A stretch of 64,000 nucleotides of DNA, taken from the NCBI RefSeq assembly GCF_006345805.1, contig NC_043005.1:73842001-73906000 (forward strand), in the 5' to 3' direction. Source of the stretch: Octopus sinensis (taxonomy: Eukaryota). Shown here piece after piece: positions 38,421 through 50,525 of this stretch. Both the position numbers and the translations under genes were made by a program. Position 1 is the stretch's first letter; each line of letters starts with the position of its first letter. Below the pieces are notes generated by a model. The model saw only the letters and a list, made by a program, of their open reading frames with translations. It had not been told where the DNA came from and made no database searches.

Positions 38421-38804
38421 AGGATTTATTAAAGTTGAAAAAGTGTGATACACTGACATACACATTTATTATATTAGATATGTTTAATTTTAGGGAAACT
38501 TTATTTCACTTAAAGTGTATTTCGTGGATATGTGTGTGTGTGTGCGTGTGTGTAGTGTTAGAAATAGTGTAGAGATATTGAATATTGAGAAAAGAGGAGG
38601 TCGCCAGAATTTTGGAAAAAGAATTATTTTTATTTAGTCATTATTATTAGCGCTTTCGTTGGTCTTCGACCTTGTCAATTAAAATTGTGAATGTACAAAC
38701 AGTTTGTTCATTTATATAAATAAGGTGGTTTTTTTAATTTTGTTTAGAAGAGGAGGACATTGATTTTATTTTGGGTTTTTTTTTATGAGGTTCCAGGACA
38801 ATGG

Positions 38805-38917
<113 letters not shown>

Positions 38918-39884
38918 TGCTTCTTTACTAGCCACAAAGGAAACAAATTACAAAATAGTGCTTTTGGGGGGGGGGAGAAAAAAAGGGGTCGTAGGTTTTC
39001 GATCAAAAGGGATCGCAAAAAAGAAAGAAAACAGAAAAATACGATCAATAGGGATCGTGTATCACAGAAATGTCATGATGCAAAGTGTAAAGGGGCAAGT
39101 AGATAAGGTCTATCCGCGGAAAGAAAAACCTACGGAAAAGACCACGGTATCATGTTATAAATACTGGGGCAGAATTGGGGCAGGGACATGTTTCGCCATG
39201 ATAGCTCGCTAGCCACTACACATACTATATTTTCTCTCCCTGTTTCTTTCTGTGTTCCTTTCTGTGGAAGAGCGTAGGCTCGAAACGTTAAAGACTTTTG
39301 CACATACCGAGCGTTACACTAATTCATCTGTTTGCTGTATACACCACCTGTCTTCGTCTTTTGTTTTTTTCTGAATTCTCCCTATACGTGTGTGTGTGTG
39401 TATGTATGTATGTATGTATGTATGTATGTATGTATGTATGTATGTATGTATGTATGTATGTATGTATTAAAGAAAGCAAAAAATAAAACAAAATAGTTTT
39501 CAGTACGTCGACGACAGGAATTTCTGTCAAAGTTGAGCATCATTTCCCTGTTTCTCTCACATACTTATTCTCCCTCTCTCTCTCTTTTATTATTACTCCC
39601 ACTGCCACTATCAACTCTGCTACTTTTAATAAGACATCATCAACTCTCCCTAAATTTCTTTGTCTCTCTTTCTCTCCCTCTCTTTTTATTCCTCTCTCTC
39701 TGTCTTCACCCTCCCCTTCACCGTCTCTATGCCTACTATTACTTTCGCCCCATCATGAGGAATAGTAGGAGTGTCATTGAATAGTGAAAGAGGGGGGTCT
39801 AAGCGTGACACACTGATACACAGAAATTAGTCTTCGCATTTATTACATTATATATATATATATATATATACACACACCTAATAC

Positions 39885-39941
<57 letters not shown>

Positions 39942-40599
39942 CACATACATACATATATATGTTTGTGCGTGTGTGCTTGTGTATCTGTGTGTCTGTGTGT
40001 GTGTGTGTTTGTGTGTGTGTATATGCGATGATTTTTGTTAAGCAGCGTCGATTTTTACAATTCTGTAAATAATACTAGTACTTTATAAGCTTAAAACGAA
40101 ATGACTAAAAACAATAGTCTAATAATGGGGCATAAAAGCACTGGAAGAGGGACACAAGTATGGGACACGAAGCAATACCTCTGTGTTTTCGTGACAAGTG
40201 TGCTAGTCAATTACACAACGTACAACTACGCTTCTTTCCGTCACATTTAAGAACCATAATTAGTTCGTAGTGTTGTTGTTGTAAACAAACTTGCATGTAA
40301 ACTAACTTTCATAATAAACAAACTTTTTACTGCGATGGTTTTTGTTAAGCAGTGTCGATTTTTACAACTCTGTAAATAATAACAATAATAATATTTTATA
40401 AATCTTAAAGCATATAACGACCACCGCACAATGACTAAAGAAAATAGTCTAATAATTGGGCATATAAGCCCCATGTGTATGGGAAAGCCTACTTTTTTTC
40501 TGTAGAGGGCTTATAAGTCGCATTATAGACTTTCTTTAGTCATTGCGCGGTGATCGCTTGTAAGCTTTAAGCTCATAAAGTACTATTATTATTATTATT

Positions 40600-42579
40600 C
40601 TATGTTTGACTTTTGCTTTATGTCTGTACAAGTTGGCTCCAAGTCTCACCCAGAGACCTCAAGAGACAACAGGTTGGAAGTTCTGTGCCATATATTTGGG
40701 GGGTTTTTTTGTTGTTTTTTTTTGTGTTGTACTAGTGAATGTCTAATACATAAAAAAATAATAATAATAAAAATAAAATAAAATTTTAAAAAATTAAATA
40801 AAAAAAGTTTGTTTTAAACCTTGGGATTACATAGAGAGTATTTTGCGTAGGATATGAGCAGTTCCCATGAGCACTATCTTTTACATTTCTGCCATTTTGG
40901 GGTTTCCTGGTATCTGAGTTAGGTAGCAATCAGTCCCTTTCGCTATCATTCCCAGGGCACCTATGACAACAGGTATTGTTTTAGTCTTCAGCTTCCACAT
41001 TTTGCTGATTTCTATTTCAAGATCTTTATATTTGCTCAGTTTTTGGTAGGTCTTGACAGACACGTTTATATCGATTGGGACAGTCATATCAATGAGGAGG
41101 CATGTTCTTTGTCTGAAGTCTTTCAATATGATGTCTGGCCTATTTGCATCTATCTTCCTGTCAGTTTGAATGGTGAAATTCCAGAGGAGTGAGATGTGGG
41201 CATTTTCAAGCACTGGAGGTGGATTGTGTTCCCACCAGTTTTTTTCATGGGGCAAATCCAGGTTTTTGCAAATTACCCAGTGAATATATTGTGCAGCTCT
41301 ATCATGCCTACTGAGGTACTCTGTAGGCGCTAGAAGACTGCATTTGGAGACAACATGATCAATGGTTTCATTTTGTTGTCGGCATACACATGTTGGGTTA
41401 CTGCCGTTCTTTAATATGTTGGCCTGGTAGTTTCTTGTTGGTAGGCATTGATCTTGAGCTGCTATGATAAACCCCTCTGTTTCAGATTTTAAGCCAGAGG
41501 CCATTAGCCATTGATGGCTCAGGGCTTTGTCGATATCTGCACTATTCGCTCTCTTTGGGTATTTGCCATAGAGAGGTTTTTCTTGCCATTTATTATTCAG
41601 ACTATCTAAGGCCGCAGTTTTGGCACGGGTTTTCATGCGCCTAGCTTTTTCTGTGCTTGTTTCTTGTATGTCTATCTCTAATTCCGAAATTGGTTGTATT
41701 CGGAATTCACTTAGATATTCCTTTACCTGTTTTGTGACTGAGTATGATGCTTTCTTGTTTTCATGTTTTGAGACAAGTTTTAACATCCAGTCCTCAGAGT
41801 TTTTCAGGTAGGTGTCTAGGCCAATTGTAGCAATCTTCATTGTTATTGCCAGTTGCAAAAGACCACGGCCTCCCTCTTTTCTTGGCAGATAGAGTCGTTC
41901 TGTATCTGCCTTAGGGTGGTGCATTCTATGCATTGTCAACAGTTTCCTTATTTTTCTGTCGAGCTGACATATTTCAGTAATTGACAATATTGAAACTGTA
42001 AGTCACGACTGGTATGGCTAATGCATTGATCGCTTCGATCCTGTTTCTTGCATTCAGCTCTGTCTTGAGTATTGCTCTCACTCTTCGATAGCATTCTCTC
42101 CTGATCCTTTCCTTCATCTCTGAATGCCTTATTCCGTTCCCTTCAATTACCCCTAGGTACTTGTAGCTCTCCGCTGGGTCTAGTTCTTTTATGACATTCT
42201 GCTGGTCAAGGTTAACGTTAGATGTTTCTGTCATTTTTCCTTTGATAAAGGTAGCTTTTGCACATTTATCGAGGCCGAATTGCATTCTGATGTCGTCACT
42301 GAATTGTTTGACTATCGCTAGTAAGCCCTTGAGTTGTTGGTCATTTTTTGCAAAAAGCTTTAAATCATCTATGTAAATGAGATGATTTATATTTTTATCA
42401 AACATTTTATACCCGTACTGCGCGTCATTGAGCAGCTTTGAGAGAGGTATTAAGGATAAACAAAAGAGGAGTGGTGACAGTGAGTCACCCTGGAAAATGC
42501 CACACGAAATTTTTACATCACCAGCATTTAGGGATTCATTGTCACTGTTCAGAATTAGTGTGGTTCTCCATGATCTCAT
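40600..42579 (-). mobile_element. 5'-truncated R4/Dong-clade non-LTR retrotransposon (RT plus CCHC plus restriction-like endonuclease) in a (TAA)n tract
   Basis: GIFQGDSLSPLLFCL, YIDDLKL, RLYLPRKEGGRGL, ETIDHVVSKC..RHD, RPDI...IDMTVP...KLSKY. One frameshift near 41980 and a premature stop at 40881; ATT repeats on both sides. Confidence 0.93.
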
Positions 42580-42610
42580 ATTATTATTATGACTATTATT
42601 ATTATTATTA

Positions 42611-42664
<54 letters not shown>

Positions 42665-42702
42665 CATTATTATTATTATTATTTTAGAAAGGATCGAGGT
42701 AA

Positions 42703-42872
42703 CTACTTCATTTTGGTTGATATAGAAAGAATTGAGGTAACTCCTTCTGAAGATATATAGTCAAAATTAAAAGAAGAGTGCCATTGCTATCTAGCACTCT
42801 TCTTTTAATTTTGACTCTATATCTTCAGAAGGAGTTACCTCAATTCTTTCTATATCAACCAAAATGAAGTAG
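42703..42872. repeat. Near-perfect palindrome: 79-bp arms, 1 mismatch, 12-nt loop
   Basis: 42703-42781 is the reverse complement of 42794-42872. Confidence 0.95.
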
Positions 42873-42967
42873 ATTTACAAATTTATTGTTTGAACCAATT
42901 GAAGACACACAAGATGTGGAAATATCGCTCACTAGATAACAATGACACTCTTCTTTTAATTTTGATA

Positions 42968-43035
<68 letters not shown>

Positions 43036-43749
43036 GTGTATATATACATATAATATATATATATAATAATATGATATAATATAATATATATATATATCCT
43101 CCATAAATCCTAAATTTTATTTTATTTTAAAATTTATGGGAGCAACTGTCTTTGAAGAGTCATATTGTCATTGAATGCTCGAAATGAGGAGTAGATAGTC
43201 AACCGACAAATGATGAAGGGTCGTTTCTCTGTGTTAACTTATCCTGTTCTCCATTTTTTCACGTTGTTTACGTATTTCATGTTATTTACACCGTTGGCGA
43301 CGTACTGTACCCATATACGCATATATATATATATATATATAATTATTAATAGTAGAGAAAATAAAATTTCGAGGCAACAGAGGAAAACAAACTTAGTTTA
43401 GTAATACTAAATCAAATTTCAAGATATATTATATATATCTAGAATTAAGAGACAGAACCTCCATAAAGTAATTCAATTAATAATGAAAGATATTATCTAT
43501 AACAAAATATAAATTTAAGTAAATTATTAATATTGTACTAAAAATTACTATACTAAATAATACACATTAAAACGACGACGCGTGTTCTTATATATACATG
43601 TATATTGTATGTATGTATGAGTATATATATTCTGAAAAGTGCCATTTTAACACGTCTTGCTATAACAATTACTCTGTAGGTAGTTTACTGCCTCAGAATT
43701 TTGTGTTAGAAGTTTAAATGGAGGAAAATGAGATTCCTTTTCGTCATTT

Positions 43750-44340
43750 TATTTCAACTGAAAAAATAAAGCAAAACGCTGCAGACAGCAAAAAAATGAT
43801 TTATATATGCAGATGATGTCATAGCTGAAAGGATGGTTCAGTGCATTTAAGGGTGAACATTTAGTTCTGAAATAGTTTGAGCGCGTGTGCGTGCGTGCGT
43901 ACGTACGTGTGTATTTGTGTCTGTGTGTTTGTGTTTGTGCGTGTGTGTGTGTGTGTTTGTGTGTGAGTGCGCGTGCGTGCATGTGTGTGTGTGTGCGTGT
44001 GTTTGTATGTATGTGTGTATGTGTTTGTGTTTGCGTGTTCTGAAATAGTTTGAGCGCATGTGCGTGCGTGCGTATGTGTGTCTGTGTGTGTTTGTGTGCG
44101 TGTGTTTGTGTGTGTTCGTGTATTTGTGTGTGAGTGTGCGTGTGTGCATGTGTTTGTGTGTTTGTACGCGTGTGTTTGTGAGTGTGTATTTTTGTGTTTG
44201 TGTGTGTGCTTATGTGCATGTGTTTGTGTGAGAGTGAGTGTGCGTGCGTGCGTGTGTGTTTGTGTGTGAGTGTGTGTTTGTGTGAGAGTGTATGTGCGTG
44301 TGTGTGTATGTGTGTACGTGTGTTGCGTGTGTGTGCTGAG
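43750..44340. repeat. Compound (TG/CG)n microsatellite with duplicated spacer
   Basis: gttctgaaatagtttgagcgc occurs at ~43864 and ~44037. Confidence 0.9.
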
Positions 44341-44351
44341 TAAATTCAATA

Positions 44352-44861
44352 TCTATATATATAAAACTGTAGTTGTGTGAGTGTCTGTCCCCTTCGATTT
44401 AGATTCCTAACTACTCCCACATTTTGCGGTGCAGTTTAACCAAATTCGGGCATCTTATAGTCGTGATTCATATCGAGCCCGTCTGAGTATTAGAGCGTGT
44501 CTACGATGAGTCTACGATTTTAAAAATAATTTAACATCATTTTTTATTCCATTTTAATGCATAATTTTTCGTGTGTCGATGGCGGCGGAGTTGGCGTCTA
44601 TGGTCACACCTGCACCTGTGTTCTCCCCCTTCTTCCCTCCCTCGTGAAGCTGTGGGGAAGGGAGTGTAATAAAATCAACGTCGTAAAGCGTTGTCAAGGA
44701 GTCCAGCGTTCTTTTAGAACAACGACTTCATGGCTTGAAGACACCAAAACAGAAATGGCTAAGAAAGCCCGAATTGGCATCTAAAAGGGAAGAAACTCTC
44801 TAAAAATGCTTATATAGTTATTTCCCTTACAAACCCGAGCAACGCCGGGCGATACTGCTAG
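44352..44861 (+). mobile_element. Non-autonomous Helitron
   Basis: A|TC start; cccgagcaacgccggg hairpin; CTAG|T end; 5' and 3' parts shared with 14931-15329. Confidence 0.9.
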
Positions 44862-45164
44862 TTCTATATATTCAAGTATTTAGTTATTCAGTGTGAATTA
44901 TCTTAAGACTGAGAGGGTATCAGAACGTTTATTATTTGCTCTCATCGTTGTACATTTTCATGTTTTTGTCGTTTTTCAAGCGAAATTATCAAAACGAATG
45001 ATGGAGAAAGAGAAAGAACACATGACTCGGGAATCCCAACTAACAACAGTATATTTTCATTGCAAGAAGACATAATATTCCAGCGCACTGCATTAAGGGG
45101 TAAATGAAAAGCTTCGTCAGCCACCAAATGAAATCATTCTAGTGGCGGACGAGTTATTTTCACA

Positions 45165-45247
45165 TTAGGTATCCCATCATCATTATTATCACCCTCGTTG
45201 TCATCATCATCATCATCGTCGTCGTCGTCGACATCATCATCATCATC

Positions 45248-45278
<31 letters not shown>

Positions 45279-45280
45279 TC

Positions 45281-45319
<39 letters not shown>

Positions 45320-45473
45320 ACGGTCATTGTAGTTACCGTCGTCACCAACGCCGTCATCGTTTTTGTCATTGTTGTCGTCGTTGTCGTCGTCGCCATCGTC
45401 ATCATCATCATCAGCATCATCACCATCATCATTATCGTCATCATCATCATCGTCGTAGTCGTCGCCGTCGACG

Positions 45474-45508
<35 letters not shown>

Positions 45509-45509
45509 G

Positions 45510-45542
<33 letters not shown>

Positions 45543-45660
45543 GCAACATCATCATCATCATCAACATCATCATCAACGGTCATTGTAGTTACCATCGTCA
45601 CCAACGCCGTCATCGTTTTTGTCATTGTTGTCGTCGTCGTCGTCGTTGTCGTGGTCAGCG
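45165..45660. repeat. (ATC/GTC)n compound repeat with ~255-bp internal duplication
   Basis: tcaacggtcattgtagttacc..gtcaccaacgccgtcatcg occurs at ~45318 and ~45573. Confidence 0.9.
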
Positions 45661-47380
45661 TTTTTATGAGTGGAAAAATAATCATTTTTACAAGTTTCCA
45701 TCATTAAGCTACATTGGACAATGTCGTCTGAGATATACTGGAAGATGAGATATATTTTACTTAAACTAAATAAATGTGTTATATATGCTAGCATAATACG
45801 CTCGGAAGACTGTTTTTTAAAATGTACTTATATATTCAAAAACATGCACACACACATATATACATGTATACATACACAGATACACACACACATATATATA
45901 TAGACACATATATATATAAAGGCGGCGAGCTGGCAGAAACGTTAGCGTGCCGAGCGAAATGCCTAGCGGTATTTCGTCTGTTGTTACGTTCTGAGTTCAA
46001 ATTCCGCCGAGGTCGACTTTGCCTTTCATCTTTTCGGGGTCAGTAAAGAAAGTACCAGTTTCGCACTGGGGTCGATGTAATCGACTTAATCCCTTTGTCT
46101 GTCCTTGTTTGTCCCCTCTATGTTTAGCCCCTTGTGGGCAGTAAAGAAATATATATATAGACACACACATACACACTATTTTATTGAAGCTGTAAAACGT
46201 TTCACAACCGTAACTCGGGGTTTCACGTGACTGTCCATCAGACAGTTGTAATACGGACTAATAAAAAATAAAGTCATAAACTGTGATTCTGTATAATGGT
46301 TACTGGAGATCAATTCAAAGAAAAAGCATTCAAAGTCATTTCAGCAACAACTTATATAATAACGTTCTACAGAAGAACGAAAAAGGAATTGAAAAATATA
46401 TGCTGCTGGCCGTGGGATTGCACCTAGAAATGTACCCTCCCGGGCAAGGTTGTTTATGGAAGACCAGCAGTCACCCATGCATACCGGCCGCCCCTCTCCA
46501 CGCCAAGGGAAAGATAACAGCAGATACAGCTTAGCACCAATGACGTCGCAACTCATTTCTACAGCTGAGTGAACTGGAGCAACGTGAAATAAAGTGTCTT
46601 GCTCAAGAACACAACACGCAGCCCGGTCCAGGATTCGAACTCACAACCTCACGATCGTAAGTTCGACGCTCTAACCTCTGAGCCATGCGCCTTCACATGC
46701 GCTTTCAAAATATATGGTAAAAAATATATAATCAGTAATCGAATCGGAAAACATTATATGAAGAATTATAGTATTATATTGTGCTTTAATTACTTGCAAC
46801 TTAGTAGGGACAGTGCCTGTCTTAATTCTGTTTACTTTTTTCAATCGTACCTACAGTGAATATCTTTTTTATGTAAAATTTTTCGATTCATCTATTGTTT
46901 ATATTGTTTTATTTGGGGACGGTCATTTTGCTAATAAACACACGCACAGTTCTTTCGTCACGCATTTTGTGATCTCTTCAACGACTCTCTATTTTCTGTG
47001 CCTTCTCTTTTCCCTGATCTTGTCTTGCCTATTCCATCTTATTTATATATTTTCCTGTTAGGGTCAGTCTCCCTTTTATCCTTCTGTGCAACATTATTTT
47101 CAAAGTAGTTTCAAAGTAGCACCCTATCAGTTTTAAATCCTTATTCGTTGAATTGTTATCCATAAACATTTATTTATATTCACACTTTCTGAAACTATTT
47201 TTAATAGTCTGTATCAAGAAAAAAATCTGATGTACGGTTGTAAGAAACACAGAGTAACAGTTTCTGAAAGCTTTTTCGGTTTTAACGTTATAGTATATTA
47301 CTCTAACTTTGGTATTTGAGTGCTATTTTCCCACCTGATTTGATTTGCACCTTAGGCTTATTTACACACACACACACACA

Positions 47381-47426
<46 letters not shown>

Positions 47427-47896
47427 ACACGCACTCATACATTGTGAGTGAGAGAGATGTACATTTGAATTTCTGAACAAGTGTAAAAGTACTGATGGGG
47501 AACACATACATAATAATTAGGTATATGCTTATATACATACACACAAACGCGCACGCAACCCTCCCATCAACACACGCACACACAAATATGTAGTATTAGC
47601 CTAACATGTCATGATTCCACAAAGTACATTCTCGTCAAAGGCAAACAGTCTACAAAGAATCAAAGTATAGTATTACATATATCTTATACAGAAGGTGTAG
47701 ATAAACAGATTGATATACAGGTAAATGGAAAAGATATCAATAAATGGAAGAACAAATATGTGTGTGTATGAGAGTGTATCTGTGTGTGTGTGTGTGTGTG
47801 TGTGTAATAGTGTGTGTGTGTGTGGCAGGTGATGCCAGTGAGACGTTCAAAACAATATTCACTGCCAAGGTGCGAAAGTCGTTTACCGTTATTGCT

Positions 47897-47996
47897 GTTG
47901 GCACCTCGCATCTAGTTATTCGAATATTGTGTTCCCGATCTTCTGATCTGGTGATCCAGAACACGAGATTTGAATAACTAGCTGCATGGTGCCAGC
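47897..47996 (+). ncRNA. Candidate pre-miRNA hairpin
   Basis: 38-position stem without bulges (31 Watson-Crick, 3 G-U, 4 mismatches) and a 24-nt loop; single copy in the window. Confidence 0.5.
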
Positions 47997-48361
47997 TCCA
48001 ATAACCTATATCTGTGTTTGCGTTCATCTGTGTAAGTACGTGCGGGTCGTTGTGAGTGTATGCGTGCATATTTATACTCATGTAGGAATGTTGTGTGTGT
48101 GTGTGGAAGCGCGTGGCTTAGTGGTTAGGGTGTCAGCGTCATGATTGTAAGATTGAGGTTTCGATTTCTGAACAGAGCGACGCGTTGTGTTCTTGAGCAA
48201 AACACTTCATTTCACGTTATTCCAGTCCACTCAGCTGGCAAAAATGAGTAACGCTGCGATGGACTGGCGTCCCGTCCAGCTGCGAACATATAAGCCATTG
48301 AAACCGGGGAAACCGGGCCCATGAGCTTGGCTAGGCTATAAAAGGACGCATTTATATTTTA

Positions 48362-48733
48362 TCATATATATATATATATATATATATATAAACGGCAGTT
48401 TGTCTCTGTGTGTTTCTGTGTGTCTGTTAGGTTGTACCCTCACACTGACCACGGCTTTCAACCGATTCTCATGAAACTTGACACACACACAGCCCAATGT
48501 CATAATTCAAAACTAACGCAGCGAAAATTTTGAAAAGTTCCCCCAGTTCTGAAAAAAATCGATAAATTCGACATGTGGTCGAGAATCAGAAACACAAACC
48601 ACAGACTGTCTAGGGGACGCAACTCGACCTTTTTAACTAAAAAAATTTACCATCATTTTTTGGCTATAACTCTCTAAAAATGCTTTATAGTTATTTCCCT
48701 TACAAACCCGAGCAACGCCGGGCGATACTGCTA

Positions 48734-48734
<1 letters not shown>
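48362..48734 (+). mobile_element. Non-autonomous Helitron (different 5'/internal part, same 3' end)
   Basis: Ends cccgagcaacgccgggcgatactgCTAG|T; the 5' start is obscured by (TA)n. Confidence 0.8.
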
Positions 48735-48774
<40 letters not shown>

Positions 48775-48834
48775 GGAGTAAACGTGAAACTCAGAGTAAC
48801 AGGTTTTGTTGAATTTTCTGCTGCTTTAAAGAAA

Positions 48835-48873
<39 letters not shown>

Positions 48874-49999
48874 TATATTATATATTATATATTATATATA
48901 TGTATATATATGCATAAAGAAATCTTTTCTGAAGTGTTCTTGAGTTAACGAGAGCAGGTAAGGCCCACATCTACTGGATTGGTGAAATGTAACATTTCGT
49001 CAAGTCTAACTGAAGTGTGTACTCATATTTTGTCATTTATATATGTGGTAAAAATGTATTCCCATCTCTTTATCGCCCTATTGCTTTGCCAAAAACAGAC
49101 ACTATTTTAGAGCACATATTTTTTTATGCAGATTGTTTTAGATCCCTGTTATCCTTACTCAGGGAGAAGACTAGATTCTCATGGCAGGATTTTGTTTTTC
49201 CTTCATACGATATGACTTTTTCCTCCTCAGAAAGCGTCATCTCTACGCAGATGAACCCCACCTTACTTTTTCAAAACAGCTTTTAAATTTTTACCGTTGG
49301 GGCTTCTACATTTTTACTTTTTAGGAAGTGTACTCATCCACTTTGACTTCCTCCTGGGCCACAACCTCATACGTAAACGAGGTGGTACTTCCAATAGTGG
49401 TTACTTCCTGGTCGTTCAGTACTAGCTGTCGTGGATGTGAGCGACTCTCCTTGTCTTCATAAGTTATGAGTGGAAGAGCGGTTTAGGGTGTGGCAAAACT
49501 CATCCCGTATAACTAAGGAGGGAACAATTTTATTTTATTTGTTGAATCACGACCTGGGCCTTTTGTGTTGCCTTAGGATCGATAATCTCCAGGGTTTGTT
49601 CTTGCTGTTGTTGCTTTTGTTGTTCTAGACTTTCTATATATATTTCTTTATTGCCCACAAGGGGCTAGACACAGAGGGGACAAACAAGGACAGACAAAGG
49701 GATTAAGTCAATTACATCGACCCCAGTGCGTAACTGGTACTTTATTTATCGACCCCGAAAGGATGAAAGGCAAAGTCGACCTCGGCGGAATTTGAACTCA
49801 CAACGTAACGACAGACGAAATACGGCTACGCATTTCGTCCGGCGTGCTAACGTTTCTGCCAGCTCGCCGCCTAGACTTTCTATATATATTTCAAAGTTGT
49901 GCTCGTTTAGTAAATAACTTCATCCGAGACCATGTGTTGAACCTTAGGCAAATACATTGTCCAAGAGCTATTTTATATATATATATATATATCTTTTAT

Positions 50000-50165
50000 A
50001 GGCGTAGGAGTGGCTGTGTGGTAAGTAGCTTGCTTACCAACCACATGGTTCAGGGTTCACTCCCACTGTGTGGCACAATGGGCAAGTGTCTTCTACTATA
50101 GCCTCGAGCCGACCAAAGCCTTGTGAGTGGATTTGGCAAACGGAAACTGAAAGAAGCTCGTCGTA

Positions 50166-50222
<57 letters not shown>

Positions 50223-50223
50223 G

Positions 50224-50257
<34 letters not shown>

Positions 50258-50525
50258 GTGTGTGTGTGTGTGTATGTGTGTGTGTGTGTGTGTGTGTGTT
50301 TATGTTTGTGTGTCTGTGTTTTTCCCCCCAACATCGCCTGACAACCGATGCTGGTGTGTTTACGTTCCCGTAACATAGCGGTTCGACAAAGGGAACCGAT
50401 AAAATAAGTACTAGGCTTTACAAAGAATAAGTCCTGGGGGTCGATTTGCTCGACTAAAAGGCGGTGCTCCAGCATGGCTGCAGTCAAATAACTGAAACAA
50501 ATAATAAAAGAATAAAAGAGTAAAA
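50000..50525 (+). mobile_element. SINE family A with expanded internal microsatellite
   Basis: Family A consensus; another copy at 51456-51850. Confidence 0.85.

Noticed and set aside
43749-45685. His/Thr-, Cys/Val-, Met- and Asp-rich ORFs
   Set aside because: Microsatellite translations; the same applies to the YI, MYVC and SIYL ORFs throughout the window.
46620-46695. tRNA gene (also at 12015, 35625, 48105)
   Set aside because: A/B boxes are present, but the acceptor stem does not pair and the sequence continues into a shared repeat body; these are SINE heads.
49130-49500. Minus-strand acidic ORF pieces (LITYEDKE..., MTLSEEEKVISYEG...)
   Set aside because: Short, bounded by stops, with no convincing acceptor and no recognisable domain.
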